The notes: generated from the sequence alone by a model not told the origin. A stretch of 64,000 nt of DNA from Patescibacteria group bacterium (GCA_041650755.1 JBAZKN010000001.1:70796-134795), one strand, 5' to 3'; shown: positions 16,937 to 27,986, numbered from the stretch's first letter. A program made the numbers and translations.

Positions 16937-18643
16937 ATGTCCTATATTTGGCAAATAAAAGATAAAGCACCCAAAGAATTTTTAGATAAATTTCCTGAGC
17001 TGCCACCTATTGTGGTTCAACTTTTGTATAACCGTGAATTAAAAACTCAAGAGGCAATTGATGAATTTTTGTTGCCCGATTATAGTCAGGACGTGCACGA
17101 TCCTTTTTTATTTAAAGACATGCAGCGGGCCTGCCGGCGAATCTATGAAGCCATAACCAAGCAAGAATTAATTACCGTTTACGCTGACTACGATGCTGAT
17201 GGAGTATCGGCAGCCGTAATTTTGAAAAGTATCTTGACTGACCTGGGAGCCAAAATAAATGTTTATTTACCGCATCGTGAAAAAGAAGGCTATGGCCTAA
17301 ATTTGCCGGCTATAGAGGAAATAGCTAAAAATGGCACGCAGCTTATCATTACTTGTGATTGCGCCATCAGCAATGTAGAAGAAGTAGCCCTAGCTAATAG
17401 CCAGGGGCTTGATGTCATTATTACCGATCATCATGCCATTCCCTTGGTCCTGCCTCAAGCCTATGCTATTATTCATCCCCAATTAGCCGGCGAAACTTAT
17501 CCTTTCAAGTTTTTGGCTGGCGGTGGCGTGGCTTTTAAGCTGGCCCAAGCTTTATTGAAGCATGCGGACAATAAGTTTACCGTGAAAGATAGTGAAGTTA
17601 AAGAAAAATGGCTCTTGGATATGGTAGCCATTTCCACAGTAGCTGACATGGTGCCGCTTTTGGGAGAAAATCGTACTTTAGTAAAACATGGACTCATAGT
17701 CTTGCGGAAGACGCGGCGCGTAGGCCTGCAGTTGATGATCAAAGTGGCTGGCATCGACACGAGGGCTTTGGATGCCAATAGCATTGCTTTTTCCATAGCG
17801 CCGCGCATCAATACTGCCGGGCGCATGGATCATGCCAATCTGGCCTATTATTTGCTGACAACCACTGATCCAGAAAAAGCGACTGAAATGGCCTCAAGCC
17901 TTAATCAAAATAATATTGATCGGCAAAGAGTGACTGAACAAATTATCCGCGAGGCCAAAATGCAGGAGATTAATTTGGAAGAAAAATTATTAGTCTTCTA
18001 CAAAGCTGACTGGCCAGCTGGTTTAATAAGTTTGGCCGCTAATAGATTGTTGCGAGAATACAATCGGCCTTGTTTGGTGGTTTGCGGTCAGGGGGATAAA
18101 ATAGTTGCCTCGGCCCGCAGTTTTCCTGAATTTGATATTAATTGGGCCTTGGAAGAAAATAAAAATTTACTGGAGCGTTTTGGCGGTCATCCGCAAGCGG
18201 CTGGTTTTACTGTGCGGCAGGCAAATTATGATCAGTTATTAAAAAATCTGAAAAACCTAGCCGAGGAAAAACTGAAAAATGTTGCTTTGCAAAACAAGCT
18301 TTTGGTGGAAAAAAATATTGCCTTGAGCCAGATAAATTGGGAATTACTAGATTGGTTGAAAAAATTTGAGCCCTATGGTCAGGCTAATCCTGAACCAATT
18401 TTTTCTAGTGAAAATGTTCTGGTCAGCCAGGCACGTAAGGTTGGCAGCGATGGGCAGCATTGGAAATTAGAGCTTACCCAAGGAGAAAAAAGAATTGGCG
18501 GCATTGCTTTTGGCCAAGCGGATTTTGATTTGGCCATTGGCCACCGGGTGGATCTGGCGTATAATATCAATGTCAATGAATGGAATGGCAACCGAGAAGT
18601 TCAATTAAAAATTAAAGATTTGCGTCAGCATGATTCAAGGTAA
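16937..18643 (+). CDS. recJ: Single-stranded-DNA-specific exonuclease RecJ
   Basis: DHH motifs (YADYDADGVSAAVIL, ITDHH) and DHHA1 (GGHPQAAG). Confidence 0.9.
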   Translation: MSYIWQIKDKAPKEFLDKFPELPPIVVQLLYNRELKTQEAIDEFLLPDYSQDVHDPFLFKDMQRACRRIYEAITKQELITVYADYDADGVSAAVILKSILTDLGAKINVYLPHREKEGYGLNLPAIEEIAKNGTQLIITCDCAISNVEEVALANSQGLDVIITDHHAIPLVLPQAYAIIHPQLAGETYPFKFLAGGGVAFKLAQALLKHADNKFTVKDSEVKEKWLLDMVAISTVADMVPLLGENRTLVKHGLIVLRKTRRVGLQLMIKVAGIDTRALDANSIAFSIAPRINTAGRMDHANLAYYLLTTTDPEKATEMASSLNQNNIDRQRVTEQIIREAKMQEINLEEKLLVFYKADWPAGLISLAANRLLREYNRPCLVVCGQGDKIVASARSFPEFDINWALEENKNLLERFGGHPQAAGFTVRQANYDQLLKNLKNLAEEKLKNVALQNKLLVEKNIALSQINWELLDWLKKFEPYGQANPEPIFSSENVLVSQARKVGSDGQHWKLELTQGEKRIGGIAFGQADFDLAIGHRVDLAYNINVNEWNGNREVQLKIKDLRQHDSR

Positions 18644-19031
18644 ACTATTTACAGACGGGGGAGCGCGGGGCAATCCTGGGCCAGCGGCCATCGGGGCGGT
18701 TTTGCATATTGACGGCCAAAGCGTAGTTGAATCGTCTCATTATTTGGGCGAGGCTACCAATAATCAGGCAGAGTATGAGGCCATAATCGCTGGTTTGAAA
18801 TTGGCCCACAAAAATCAGGTAGATGTTCTGGAGTGTTATTTGGATAGCGAGCTGGTGGTCAAACAAATGCGTCAGGAATACAAGGTCAAAGATAAGGATC
18901 TACAAAAGCTATTTGTCAAAGCTTGGAATGAGACGCTGAATTTTAAAAAAATTACCTGGCACCATATTCCGCGAGAAAAAAACAAAGCAGCCGATAGATT
19001 GGTCAATCTAGCTTTAGATAAAGAAAAATAA
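18630..19031 (+). CDS. rnhA: Ribonuclease HI
   Basis: TDGGARGNPGPAAIGAV; TNNQAEYEA; DSELVVKQM. Confidence 0.9.
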   Translation: MIQGKLFTDGGARGNPGPAAIGAVLHIDGQSVVESSHYLGEATNNQAEYEAIIAGLKLAHKNQVDVLECYLDSELVVKQMRQEYKVKDKDLQKLFVKAWNETLNFKKITWHHIPREKNKAADRLVNLALDKEK

Positions 19032-19032
19032 T

Positions 19033-19362
19033 ATGAAAGAAAAAAGATTCAATCCTTTTGAGGAATCGTCAGAACAAATCCCGACTCCAGAAGAAATATT
19101 GGAGATACTTGAGCGTGTGATAAATAGAGAATTTATAGAAGTTGGTAGATATGAGGATGAAAGGGGTATTTACCGATTAGATGTTCAAACGCCCGGTGAT
19201 GAAGAGGGAGAAATGGTGGAATATATTTATACAAGAATGGGGCGCTACCCACAAAGCCAAAGTACAAACACCGAGATTAGTATAGCTTACTATAAAGATG
19301 GCATTCCTTTTTTCGGCACAATAGTGGCCAGATATATTGGTGGTAGCTGGAAGATTCTTTAA
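19033..19362 (+). CDS. Hypothetical small acidic protein
   Basis: 109-aa ORF immediately following rnhA. Confidence 0.45.
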   Translation: MKEKRFNPFEESSEQIPTPEEILEILERVINREFIEVGRYEDERGIYRLDVQTPGDEEGEMVEYIYTRMGRYPQSQSTNTEISIAYYKDGIPFFGTIVARYIGGSWKIL

Positions 19363-19424
19363 TTTTAAATTTTTAAAATAGGTAATAATATAAAAACTAC
19401 TCTGCGGAGAGTTTTTTTCTTCCC

Positions 19425-20468
19425 TTGATTTTATGCAGTAAAAATGTTATTTTAAAGACAATGCCAGTCAAATTTTTTTGGCCAATTTATGGGCACCAAG
19501 CCCAAATAAAATTTCTCCAATCGGCTATCGCCAATCAGCGCGTGGCCAATGCTTATTTGTTTTATGGGCCAAAAGGTTTGGGTAAAAAATTAACTGCCCA
19601 ATATTTTGGCGCCAGCTTATTTTGTACTAATTTGCAGGAAAAGCCCTGTGGTCGCTGTGAGCATTGTTTGCTGATCAAAAGAAAGGTTTTTCTAGACATC
19701 TTTACTTTGGGCGAGCAAGATACCGAGTTGTCAGCCGAGAATATCAGGGAATTTTTACATAGCTTGTCCATGTCGCGGGTGCATAATACTCATAAATTAG
19801 CCATTATCTATGGAGTAGAAAATATGAATTTATTTGGCGCCAATGCCATGCTTAAGATCTTGGAAGAGCCGCCCAGCCACACAACCATTCTTTTGGTGGC
19901 TGATAATATCAATCAATTGCCGGCCACTATTATTTCTCGTTGCCAGCTGATAAAATTTCAGGCTCTGGCGCGATCTGACATGGAGGCTTGGCTGAAAAAT
20001 TATGAAGAAGTCAACGAAGCAACGCGCGAAACCATTATCAATTTATCTTTTGGTCGGCCTGGCACGGCTTTGACAATGCTGGCTGATGATCTGACAACTT
20101 TTAAGAAGAATTGTAGTTTTATCATCAAGCTTTTGGCCGGCAATCAATTCAATGCTTTGCAGACCATTGAGAAGTGGTTTGAGATTTTAAAAAAAGAGAA
20201 TCCTGATGCCAAGGTTTCGGAGCTGGGCAATATGACTAAGCAATATTTGGATCTATTGGCAGTTTGCTTGCGTGATCTTTTGTGGATCAAGCTAGAGCGG
20301 CCGGTGGTCAATAGTCTTTATCAATCTGACATGCAAAAGCTAGCCGGGCAGTTCTCGGCTGACGGTTTGTTGAAAAACCTTTTGGCTATAGATGATTATA
20401 AACAAAAGATAAAATATAATGTCACGCCACAGCTAGCGTGGGAAAATTTATTTTTAAGTTTAAAATAA
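19425..20468 (+). CDS. holB: DNA polymerase III delta-prime subunit
   Basis: AYLFYGPKGLGK; ILEEPP; ISRCQ; the true start may be at 19461 (MPVKFF). Confidence 0.8.
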   Translation: MILCSKNVILKTMPVKFFWPIYGHQAQIKFLQSAIANQRVANAYLFYGPKGLGKKLTAQYFGASLFCTNLQEKPCGRCEHCLLIKRKVFLDIFTLGEQDTELSAENIREFLHSLSMSRVHNTHKLAIIYGVENMNLFGANAMLKILEEPPSHTTILLVADNINQLPATIISRCQLIKFQALARSDMEAWLKNYEEVNEATRETIINLSFGRPGTALTMLADDLTTFKKNCSFIIKLLAGNQFNALQTIEKWFEILKKENPDAKVSELGNMTKQYLDLLAVCLRDLLWIKLERPVVNSLYQSDMQKLAGQFSADGLLKNLLAIDDYKQKIKYNVTPQLAWENLFLSLK

Positions 20469-20472
20469 AAGT

Positions 20473-21597
20473 ATGCCTGGAATAAAAAAAATTTCTTTGA
20501 GCCTCATTTTCTTACCCTTGATTTTATCTGGCTGTAGCTTAGGAGTATCGCCAGCCAACAAAAATCAGGCAGCCGCTACTTTCAAAGGCGGTATGTGGCG
20601 CAGTCCTGATCTAGCTAGTCATTGGGAGCAAATAGTTAATATCTATAGTACTGGCGGCCAGCAGCTCAATTTTAATGCGGCCAATATCACCACCCTAGCT
20701 ATGGACCCATCTGACAAGGCGGCTATTTATGTGGGGACTGATGCTTATGGGATTTTTTATAGCTATGATTATGGTAAGGCCTGGCTAAATACCATACCAG
20801 CCAAAGGCACCATCAACGATATTGCCGTTGACCCCAAAGATAAGTGCACAATTTATGCAGCGATTTATAACAGTATTTACAAAAGTATCGACTGCAGCCG
20901 AACTTGGCAGCAAATTTATTTTGAGAACCGACCAAATATTTATATTACCAGCCTCAATATAAATCACGCTGAACCCAGTATAGTGTATGCCGGCAATTCC
21001 GATGGTTGGCTGATGAAAAGCAAAGATCATGGTTTTTCCTGGGATGTGATCAATCGCTTCAACAATCCAATCAGAAAAATATTTATTCAAAATCAGCTAG
21101 ACAGCAAGATTATGTATGTAGTGACTGCTACGGCCGGCATCTTCCGGTCGGCCGATGGTGGATCTGACCCCAGCGCCTGGGTAAATTTATTAAATGAAAA
21201 AGTGGCCCAGATAGATGCGCCGCAGGATGATTTAAAACCATTCAATAAATTACCCGGAGCCGCTAGTCTTTTGTCTGTTAACATTGACTATAGTGTGCCA
21301 GATGGGCTTATTTATGCCAATACTATCGGTATTTTCCGCTTGACTTATGGAGATATGTGGAAAGAGGTCCAGCTTCTGCCGCCACAGCGCAAAGAGACAG
21401 TTCGGGCAGTGGTAGTTAATTCCAAAAATACCAACGAGATTTTTTATGGCACAGCCGGCGCTTTTTATCATTCGGTTGACAATGGTGCCAATTGGAATGT
21501 CAGTAAAGTGCCAAATTCTGGCTGGCCAAATATTTTGATTTTTTCTGATGATGGAAAATATTTATATTATGGTAGCTATGCTGCCGCAAAAAAATAA
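20473..21597 (+). CDS. Lipoprotein with BNR/Asp-box repeats (sialidase/Ycf48-like beta-propeller)
   Basis: Lipobox LILSGC; repeated SxDxGxxW boxes (SYDYGKAW, SIDCSRTW, SKDHGFSW, SVDNGANW). Confidence 0.7.
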   Translation: MPGIKKISLSLIFLPLILSGCSLGVSPANKNQAAATFKGGMWRSPDLASHWEQIVNIYSTGGQQLNFNAANITTLAMDPSDKAAIYVGTDAYGIFYSYDYGKAWLNTIPAKGTINDIAVDPKDKCTIYAAIYNSIYKSIDCSRTWQQIYFENRPNIYITSLNINHAEPSIVYAGNSDGWLMKSKDHGFSWDVINRFNNPIRKIFIQNQLDSKIMYVVTATAGIFRSADGGSDPSAWVNLLNEKVAQIDAPQDDLKPFNKLPGAASLLSVNIDYSVPDGLIYANTIGIFRLTYGDMWKEVQLLPPQRKETVRAVVVNSKNTNEIFYGTAGAFYHSVDNGANWNVSKVPNSGWPNILIFSDDGKYLYYGSYAAAKK

Positions 21598-21614
21598 ACA
21601 ATTAATTTATTTAT

Positions 21615-22169
21615 ATGCATCCTTTAGTACAAAAAAATAAAGAGCAATACGAGAAAACTTTGGAGTTTTTAAAGAGTGATTTGGGATCACTGCGCACCGG
21701 TCGAGTAGCGCCCAGCGTAGTGGAAAAAATCAAAGTAGAGTCTTATGGCACTGTTTCCGAACTTTTGCAATTAGCTGCCATTCATACGCCCGAGCCGCAG
21801 ACTATTGCCATCAAGCCTTGGGATAAAAATATTGTCAAGGATATTGAGCGGGCCATTCAGTCATCGGATTTAAATGTCAATCCAGTGGTTGATGGCGACC
21901 TGATTCGTCTCAATTTTCCGCCCCTGACCGAGGAGCGTCGCAAGGATCTGGTCAAAATTTTGCATAAAAAGTTGGAGGATAGCCGAGTAACATTGCGCAG
22001 CCAACGAGAAAAGAATCGTGAAGACATTATTGCTCTGGAGAAAGCTAAAGAAATCTCGGAAGATGAAAAATTTCAGGCCCTCAAGGACTTGGATGTCATG
22101 ACTAAAGAATACAACGACAAAATAAAAGTTATTGGCGATCAAAAAGAGCAAGAAATAATGAAAGTCTAA
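21615..22169 (+). CDS. frr: Ribosome recycling factor
   Basis: 184 aa; RRF pattern ...IKVESYGTVSELLQLAAIHTPEPQTIAIKPWDKN... Confidence 0.9.
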   Translation: MHPLVQKNKEQYEKTLEFLKSDLGSLRTGRVAPSVVEKIKVESYGTVSELLQLAAIHTPEPQTIAIKPWDKNIVKDIERAIQSSDLNVNPVVDGDLIRLNFPPLTEERRKDLVKILHKKLEDSRVTLRSQREKNREDIIALEKAKEISEDEKFQALKDLDVMTKEYNDKIKVIGDQKEQEIMKV

Positions 22170-22172
22170 AAT

Positions 22173-23474
22173 ATGCTGACCATCATTACCTTTGTTTTAG
22201 TTTTAGGTGTTTTGATTTTTGTCCACGAGTTGGGCCATTTTATCAGTGCTATAAAATCAGGAGTAGAGGTAGAGGAGTTTGGTTTTGGTTATCCGCCCAG
22301 AATATTGGGAGTAAAGGTCAGCCAAAAAAAAGTTTTGCAGAAAATCGCGCAAACAGAATCAATCCAAGTAGAGGTCAGCGATGAGCAGCTTGACTCGGAA
22401 ACTGAATTAATCAAAGAAAAGGTGACCGATACTATTCGAGAGATTGACCAGCCCAAGACAATTAGGCATTGGCAATGGTTTTGGGGTAACAAACAAAAGC
22501 TGTCTGCCGATAACACCGAGGGCATTATTTATTCCATAAATTTATTGCCTCTGGGCGGCTTTGTGAAAATTACTGGTGAATCTGGTGATGCAAGCGACAA
22601 TCCACGCAGTTTTGCCAATCAAAAGCCCTGGAAAAAATCATTGATTTTATCGGCCGGGGTCCTGATGAATTTTTTATTGGCCTGGATATTGCTAGCAGTT
22701 GGTTTTTATTTCGGGTTGCCGCAGGCCATAGAAAATAATACTCCAGACAGTCAAGTAACTTATCACAATGTGGTTATTGCCGAAGTCTTGCCTAATAGTC
22801 CGGCCGCCAAACAAGGCTTGGAAATGGGTGATGAAATTTTGCAGGTTGATCAACAGCCGGTTAATAATATTGATCAGGTTTTTGACATCATAAAAAATAA
22901 TCCGGACAAAGAGTTGCTTTTTCGCATCAAGCGTCAAGCCACTGAAAGCCAGGTCGCTGTTAAACCGGAGATTTTGCCCGGCGGGCAAACACCCATGATA
23001 GGCATAGGCATGGTCAACACCGGTGTTATTCATTATGGGTTTTTTGGCAGCATTTGGCAGGGTTTGAAAACCACAGGTTTTTTAATAGTACGGGTAGCAG
23101 AAGCTTTTTATGAGCTGTTGAAAAATTTATTTAGCTCAGGCAGAGTTAGCGCCGACTTGTCTGGTCCGATAGGCGTAGCCGTTTTGACCGGCCAGGTAGC
23201 CAAGATGGGCTGGATATACTTATTGCAATTTATGGCGATTTTGTCGATAAATTTGGGTGTATTAAATATTTTGCCCATTCCGGCTTTGGATGGCGGACGT
23301 TTGCTGTTTGTTTTGATAGAAAAAATTCGCCGGCGCAGAATAAATGAAAAAGTCGAGGCTATAGTGCACAATACCGGCTTTGCTTTGTTGATGTTATTAA
23401 TTATTTTTATCACTTTCAAGGATATCGGTCGCTATGGCGCCGGAATTTGGCAAGCATTAAAGAATATTTTTTAA
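22173..23474 (+). CDS. rseP: RIP zinc metalloprotease RseP (site-2 protease, M50)
   Basis: HELGHFISA HExxH motif; PDZ domain; LDGG motif. Confidence 0.9.
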   Translation: MLTIITFVLVLGVLIFVHELGHFISAIKSGVEVEEFGFGYPPRILGVKVSQKKVLQKIAQTESIQVEVSDEQLDSETELIKEKVTDTIREIDQPKTIRHWQWFWGNKQKLSADNTEGIIYSINLLPLGGFVKITGESGDASDNPRSFANQKPWKKSLILSAGVLMNFLLAWILLAVGFYFGLPQAIENNTPDSQVTYHNVVIAEVLPNSPAAKQGLEMGDEILQVDQQPVNNIDQVFDIIKNNPDKELLFRIKRQATESQVAVKPEILPGGQTPMIGIGMVNTGVIHYGFFGSIWQGLKTTGFLIVRVAEAFYELLKNLFSSGRVSADLSGPIGVAVLTGQVAKMGWIYLLQFMAILSINLGVLNILPIPALDGGRLLFVLIEKIRRRRINEKVEAIVHNTGFALLMLLIIFITFKDIGRYGAGIWQALKNIF

Positions 23475-23480
23475 AAATTT

Positions 23481-23777
23481 ATGAAATTTATGATTGCCAA
23501 GCCAGCTGTTGCTCCCGCAAACTTTATGCGTTTTTTGGGTTATCATCCAGATCGTGGAGCGGCCAGTTTTAGTCGGCGTCTGGGAAGAAATGTTTATCCG
23601 CGCTTGCACATTTATTTAACAGAGTTGTCTGATAATAAACTGGAAATATCTTTGCACTTGGATCAAAAAAAACCGTCTTATCCGGGGCAAAGGGCGCACA
23701 GCGCTGATTATGATGGCGATATTCTGCAGCAAGAAAAAGAAAGAATTAAAACCAAATTTAGCGATTTGCCAAAATAG
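23481..23777 (+). CDS. Hypothetical protein
   Basis: 98-aa ORF upstream of mreB; no recognisable motif. Confidence 0.4.
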   Translation: MKFMIAKPAVAPANFMRFLGYHPDRGAASFSRRLGRNVYPRLHIYLTELSDNKLEISLHLDQKKPSYPGQRAHSADYDGDILQQEKERIKTKFSDLPK

Positions 23778-23801
23778 GCAAAAAATGATAAGACAAAGGT
23801 A

Positions 23802-24854
23802 ATGTTGAGGAGATTTTTCCGCAAATTTTCTAAGGATATGGGAATTGACCTGGGTACGGCCAATACTTTGGTTTATGTGCGCGATCAAGGCATTGTGATC
23901 AATGAACCCAGTGTGGTAGCAGTCAATAATCGAACAGAAAAAATTATTGCTGTCGGGGAGGATGCCAAAATAATGTTGGGCAAAACCCCAATGCATATTA
24001 CCGTGACCAAGCCTTTGGTGGACGGGGTGATTTCGGATTTTGAGGTATCAGAAAAAATGATCAAGCATTTTATTGAAAAAGTGCATCGTGAATCTATGAC
24101 TTTTGTCCCGCGACCTAGGGTGGTAGTAGCTATTCCTCTGGATGTCACCGAAGTAGAGCGTAAAGCAGTAGAAGATGCGGTCTTGCGTGCTGGTGCGGCG
24201 GAAGTCTTTTTGATTGAAGAGCCAATGGCCGCAGCTATTGGCGCTGGCTTGCCTATTCAAGAAGCGGCCGGCAGCATGATAGTGGACATTGGTGGCGGCA
24301 CTACGGAAATAGCCATTATTTCTTTGTCGGGCATTGTGTCTTGGAAATCATTGAAATTGGCCGGCGATAAACTAGATGACGCCATTATCCAATATGCCCG
24401 CGATAAATTTAATTTACTCTTGGGCCAACGGACAGCGGAAAAAATAAAAATGCAAGTTGGCTCGGTTTTACCACAAGATCAGACACTGGAGACTATTATG
24501 CGCGGTCGTGATTTATTGACCGGCTTGCCCAAAGAGGTGCATATTACCGATGCTAATATTCGCGAAGCTATTGCCAAACAAATTAAGTTGATTATTGATA
24601 ACATCAAAAATACGATTGAAACAGCGCCGCCAGAGCTAGTATCTGATTTATATGAGCGAGGCATGGTTTTGACTGGTGGCGGAGCTATGCTGCGAGGGTT
24701 GGATGAGTTGATTGCCAAAGAAACGAAAATGCCGGTTCATATTACTGATGAGCCATTGACGGCAGTGGTCAGGGGCACTGGTAAGGTTTTGGATGATCTG
24801 GAAAATTTAAAAGAAATTTTATTGCCCCCAACTCGAGATATTGGTTTGGGCTAA
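23802..24854 (+). CDS. mreB: Rod-shape-determining protein MreB
   Basis: N-terminus MLRRFFRKFSKDMGIDLGTANTLVYV parallels E. coli MreB; actin-fold motifs. Confidence 0.9.
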   Translation: MLRRFFRKFSKDMGIDLGTANTLVYVRDQGIVINEPSVVAVNNRTEKIIAVGEDAKIMLGKTPMHITVTKPLVDGVISDFEVSEKMIKHFIEKVHRESMTFVPRPRVVVAIPLDVTEVERKAVEDAVLRAGAAEVFLIEEPMAAAIGAGLPIQEAAGSMIVDIGGGTTEIAIISLSGIVSWKSLKLAGDKLDDAIIQYARDKFNLLLGQRTAEKIKMQVGSVLPQDQTLETIMRGRDLLTGLPKEVHITDANIREAIAKQIKLIIDNIKNTIETAPPELVSDLYERGMVLTGGGAMLRGLDELIAKETKMPVHITDEPLTAVVRGTGKVLDDLENLKEILLPPTRDIGLG

Positions 24855-24860
24855 AATTTT

Positions 24861-25601
24861 ATGGTGCGAAAAAACTTGAAAATTTTTGCCTGGTTATTGG
24901 CGATAATTTTATTTTTTATCTTCTTAAAACAAAGCAGATTTTTTGATTTGGGTTTTTTAGTCAGAGCCGGTTTTTTGCCCAATCAGCCAGCTAATTCTTT
25001 ATTGCAAAAGCCAGATGATATGCAGCGGGCTTACCAAGAATTATTGTCAGACAATAATCGTTTGCAGGCCTTGGCTCAAGAAAATCAGCAATTGAGAGAT
25101 CTTTTGGATTTTAAAAATCAGACTAGATATAATCTGCTGCCCGGACAATTGATTAGTCGCGATGCTGTCAATCACAATATCGTGACTATCAATTTGGGAC
25201 GCAGTCAGGGCTTAGTCGAGGGTCAGGCGGTAGTGGTTAATAAGGGTATTATGGTGGGCAAGGTAATGGAGGTGAGCAGTGATACCGCCAAAGTCAGGCT
25301 CTTGTCAGATAGTTTTAGCAAATTGACTGTCAGCGTCAGCGGCCAGCCCAATGTTTCAGGGCTATTGACCGGTTCTTTGGGCTTAGGCATGGATTTGAGC
25401 TATATCCCACAAAGTCAAGAGATAAAACAAAATGATATATTGGTTACCACCAATCTTGATCTGCTCATCCCGCCTGGATTGGTGGTGGGCAAAGTGGAAG
25501 AGGTGAAAGCGGCTGCTGAAGAATTGTTTAAACAAGCGGCGGTCACGCCTTTGGTAGACTTAAATAATCTTACCATAGTAGCAGTAATTATTTCCGGATG
25601 A
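24861..25601 (+). CDS. mreC: Rod-shape-determining protein MreC
   Basis: TM anchor plus coiled coil plus beta-domain; positioned between mreB and mreD. Confidence 0.75.
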   Translation: MVRKNLKIFAWLLAIILFFIFLKQSRFFDLGFLVRAGFLPNQPANSLLQKPDDMQRAYQELLSDNNRLQALAQENQQLRDLLDFKNQTRYNLLPGQLISRDAVNHNIVTINLGRSQGLVEGQAVVVNKGIMVGKVMEVSSDTAKVRLLSDSFSKLTVSVSGQPNVSGLLTGSLGLGMDLSYIPQSQEIKQNDILVTTNLDLLIPPGLVVGKVEEVKAAAEELFKQAAVTPLVDLNNLTIVAVIISG

Positions 25602-26098
25602 AATATTTAGTATCAGCATTTTTATTTCTATCAAGTATATATTGCTTTACGATTCTGACTTGGTCTAATAATGGTTGGCAGTTTTTGCAGCCATTTTTGA
25701 TAGTGGTTTTGTTGTTTTATTTTAATACCGAGGATGATTGGCTGCCTTATATCTTAGCCCTGATTTCTGGTCTCTATCTTGATTCGGTCGGCGGTATTTT
25801 TGGTTTGTATAGTGTCATATTTATTAGTTTGATATTTATTTTACGCACTCTGCAATTGACGGTTTTTACCGCTCGCAATATGCTGACGGTTATTTTATTG
25901 GTGGTTTTTTCTATAATTATTTTTTGGCTGATGTTCTGGTTGTTAAACTTTTTATTTGCCGGCTATGCTTACGTTTTTACCTGGTCACTACTTGGGCACA
26001 TTGCTAAAGGGGCAATAGCCAATTTATTGATTATTATTTTGGGGCATATTTTATATTATAATTTTTGGTTAAAGCTACATGAAAGACAATCCTTTTAA
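25598..26098 (+). CDS. mreD: MreD-like polytopic membrane protein
   Basis: 166 aa with 5 TM helices; 4-nt overlap with mreC; conserved gene order. Confidence 0.55.
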   Translation: MKYLVSAFLFLSSIYCFTILTWSNNGWQFLQPFLIVVLLFYFNTEDDWLPYILALISGLYLDSVGGIFGLYSVIFISLIFILRTLQLTVFTARNMLTVILLVVFSIIIFWLMFWLLNFLFAGYAYVFTWSLLGHIAKGAIANLLIIILGHILYYNFWLKLHERQSF

Positions 26099-27986
26099 AA
26101 TCCAGGAAGGCACTGTTCGAGATGGTCGCGTGGCCGAATGGCTAAAGCACCGGCAAACTGGTGATTATTTGAGCTTTGAATTTGTGCCCAAGGCGCAGGA
26201 TTTGGGTAAATTTATCTCTGATAAAAAAATTAAAATTACCTTAGTATTGTTTTTGGCAGTTTTATTTGTTCTTTTGGCGCGGGCTAGCTACCTGCAGATT
26301 ATCCAAGGAACCCATTTTCGCGGTATAGCTGAAGGAAATCGTTTGCGCAATGATGTGATTCCAGCTAATCGTGGCTTGATTTATGATCGTTTTGGCAATT
26401 TATTGGTGCGCAATGTATCCTATTTTTTCCTTTATTTAAATAAGCAAATTTTGGATAAAGACAGCGTGGCAGCTGCCGAGTTGACTGATAAGTTGCTCCC
26501 GATTTTGAAGATTTCTGCTGATGAGCTAAGCCAACGTCTGCAAGTTGCACCCCAAGACGCAGACAAGGCTTTGGTTTATGAAAATTTGCCCTATGAGTCA
26601 GCTATGCAGTTGATGGTGTTGTCGGAAAATTATCCGGCTATTCAAGTGAACTATGAACCGCGGCGGCAATATTTAGCCTCTACCGGTCTATCGCACGTTT
26701 TGGGCTATTTGGGTGTGGTCAGCCCAGAAGACTTACAAAAAAACCCCGGCTATCATTATAATGACCGCTTGGGTAAAGACGGGCTAGAAGCTGTCTATGA
26801 GTCTATTTTGAAAGGTGAAGACGGTCAGCGTCAGGTAGAAGTTGACGCCTTGTATCATGAAAAAAACATTGTCTCCATGACTGAGCCGGTAGATGGCCAG
26901 GATTTGGTTTTGACTATTGATAATAAGGCTGAAGCTAAGCTGACAGAGATTATGGAAACTCAAGCCAGAACCAACGGCAAACTAAAAATGGCCGCTGTTG
27001 TTTTGGATGCCAAAGACGGCGGAGTATTAGCTATGGTAAGTTTGCCCACTTATGATAATAATATTTTTACCACGATTTTAAATAATGATGAATATGGAAA
27101 AATTATTTATGATTCGAATACTCCTTTGCTCAATAGGGTGATTGCCGGCACTTATCCTTTGGGTTCAGTTTTTAAATTAATAGTCGGCTCGGCTGCTCTG
27201 CAGGAAAAAATTATTGATACCAGTTTTACAGTCAATAGTACCGGCGGAGTTTCGGTCAGCAGCAATTTTTTTCCCGACTGGCGATCAGGCGGACATGGTT
27301 TGACCAATATTTATTGGGCGATAGCCGATTCAGTCAATACTTTTTTTTATACTGTGGGCGGCGGTAATAATCAATGGCTAAAAATTGGCTTAGGAGTAGA
27401 CAAAATTATTGATTATGCCAAAAGATTTGGCCTAAGTAAATTGACTGGCATTGATTTATTGGGAGAGAATCCGGGATTTTTGCCCAGCAAACAATGGAAA
27501 GAAGAGAATATTAAAGAAAGATGGTATTTGGGTGATACTTATAATCTATCCATTGGTCAGGGGTATTTGCTGGCAACGCCTTTGCAGGCAGCTGTTTATA
27601 CTTCTTATTTTGCTAATTTTGGACAAGCTTTTCAGCCACATTTAGTCAAAGAAATAAAAACCAAAGATGGTGTTCAATCTATTATCCCCAAGCCAATTTT
27701 GACTAACATTGTTTCATCTGATAATTTAAATGTGATTCGTCAAGCATTGCGGCAAACTGTGATTCAGGGGACAGCAGTGAGCTTGCAGTCAGTCAGCGTG
27801 CCAGTAGCCGGCAAGACTGGTACCGCCCAATTTAATCGTAATAAATCACCACATTCTTGGTTTACTGCCTTTGCTCCCTATGACGATCCCAAAATAGTAA
27901 TGACAGTTATTGTGGAAGAGGGCGGAGACACCGGTTTGGCAGTCACTGTAGCAAGACAGTTTATGGAGTGGTATTTTTCCCAATAG
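26079..27986 (+). CDS. mrdA: Penicillin-binding protein 2 (elongasome transpeptidase)
   Basis: SVFK (SxxK), SxN, KTGTA motifs; N-terminal dimerisation domain. Confidence 0.9.
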   Translation: MKDNPFKIQEGTVRDGRVAEWLKHRQTGDYLSFEFVPKAQDLGKFISDKKIKITLVLFLAVLFVLLARASYLQIIQGTHFRGIAEGNRLRNDVIPANRGLIYDRFGNLLVRNVSYFFLYLNKQILDKDSVAAAELTDKLLPILKISADELSQRLQVAPQDADKALVYENLPYESAMQLMVLSENYPAIQVNYEPRRQYLASTGLSHVLGYLGVVSPEDLQKNPGYHYNDRLGKDGLEAVYESILKGEDGQRQVEVDALYHEKNIVSMTEPVDGQDLVLTIDNKAEAKLTEIMETQARTNGKLKMAAVVLDAKDGGVLAMVSLPTYDNNIFTTILNNDEYGKIIYDSNTPLLNRVIAGTYPLGSVFKLIVGSAALQEKIIDTSFTVNSTGGVSVSSNFFPDWRSGGHGLTNIYWAIADSVNTFFYTVGGGNNQWLKIGLGVDKIIDYAKRFGLSKLTGIDLLGENPGFLPSKQWKEENIKERWYLGDTYNLSIGQGYLLATPLQAAVYTSYFANFGQAFQPHLVKEIKTKDGVQSIIPKPILTNIVSSDNLNVIRQALRQTVIQGTAVSLQSVSVPVAGKTGTAQFNRNKSPHSWFTAFAPYDDPKIVMTVIVEEGGDTGLAVTVARQFMEWYFSQ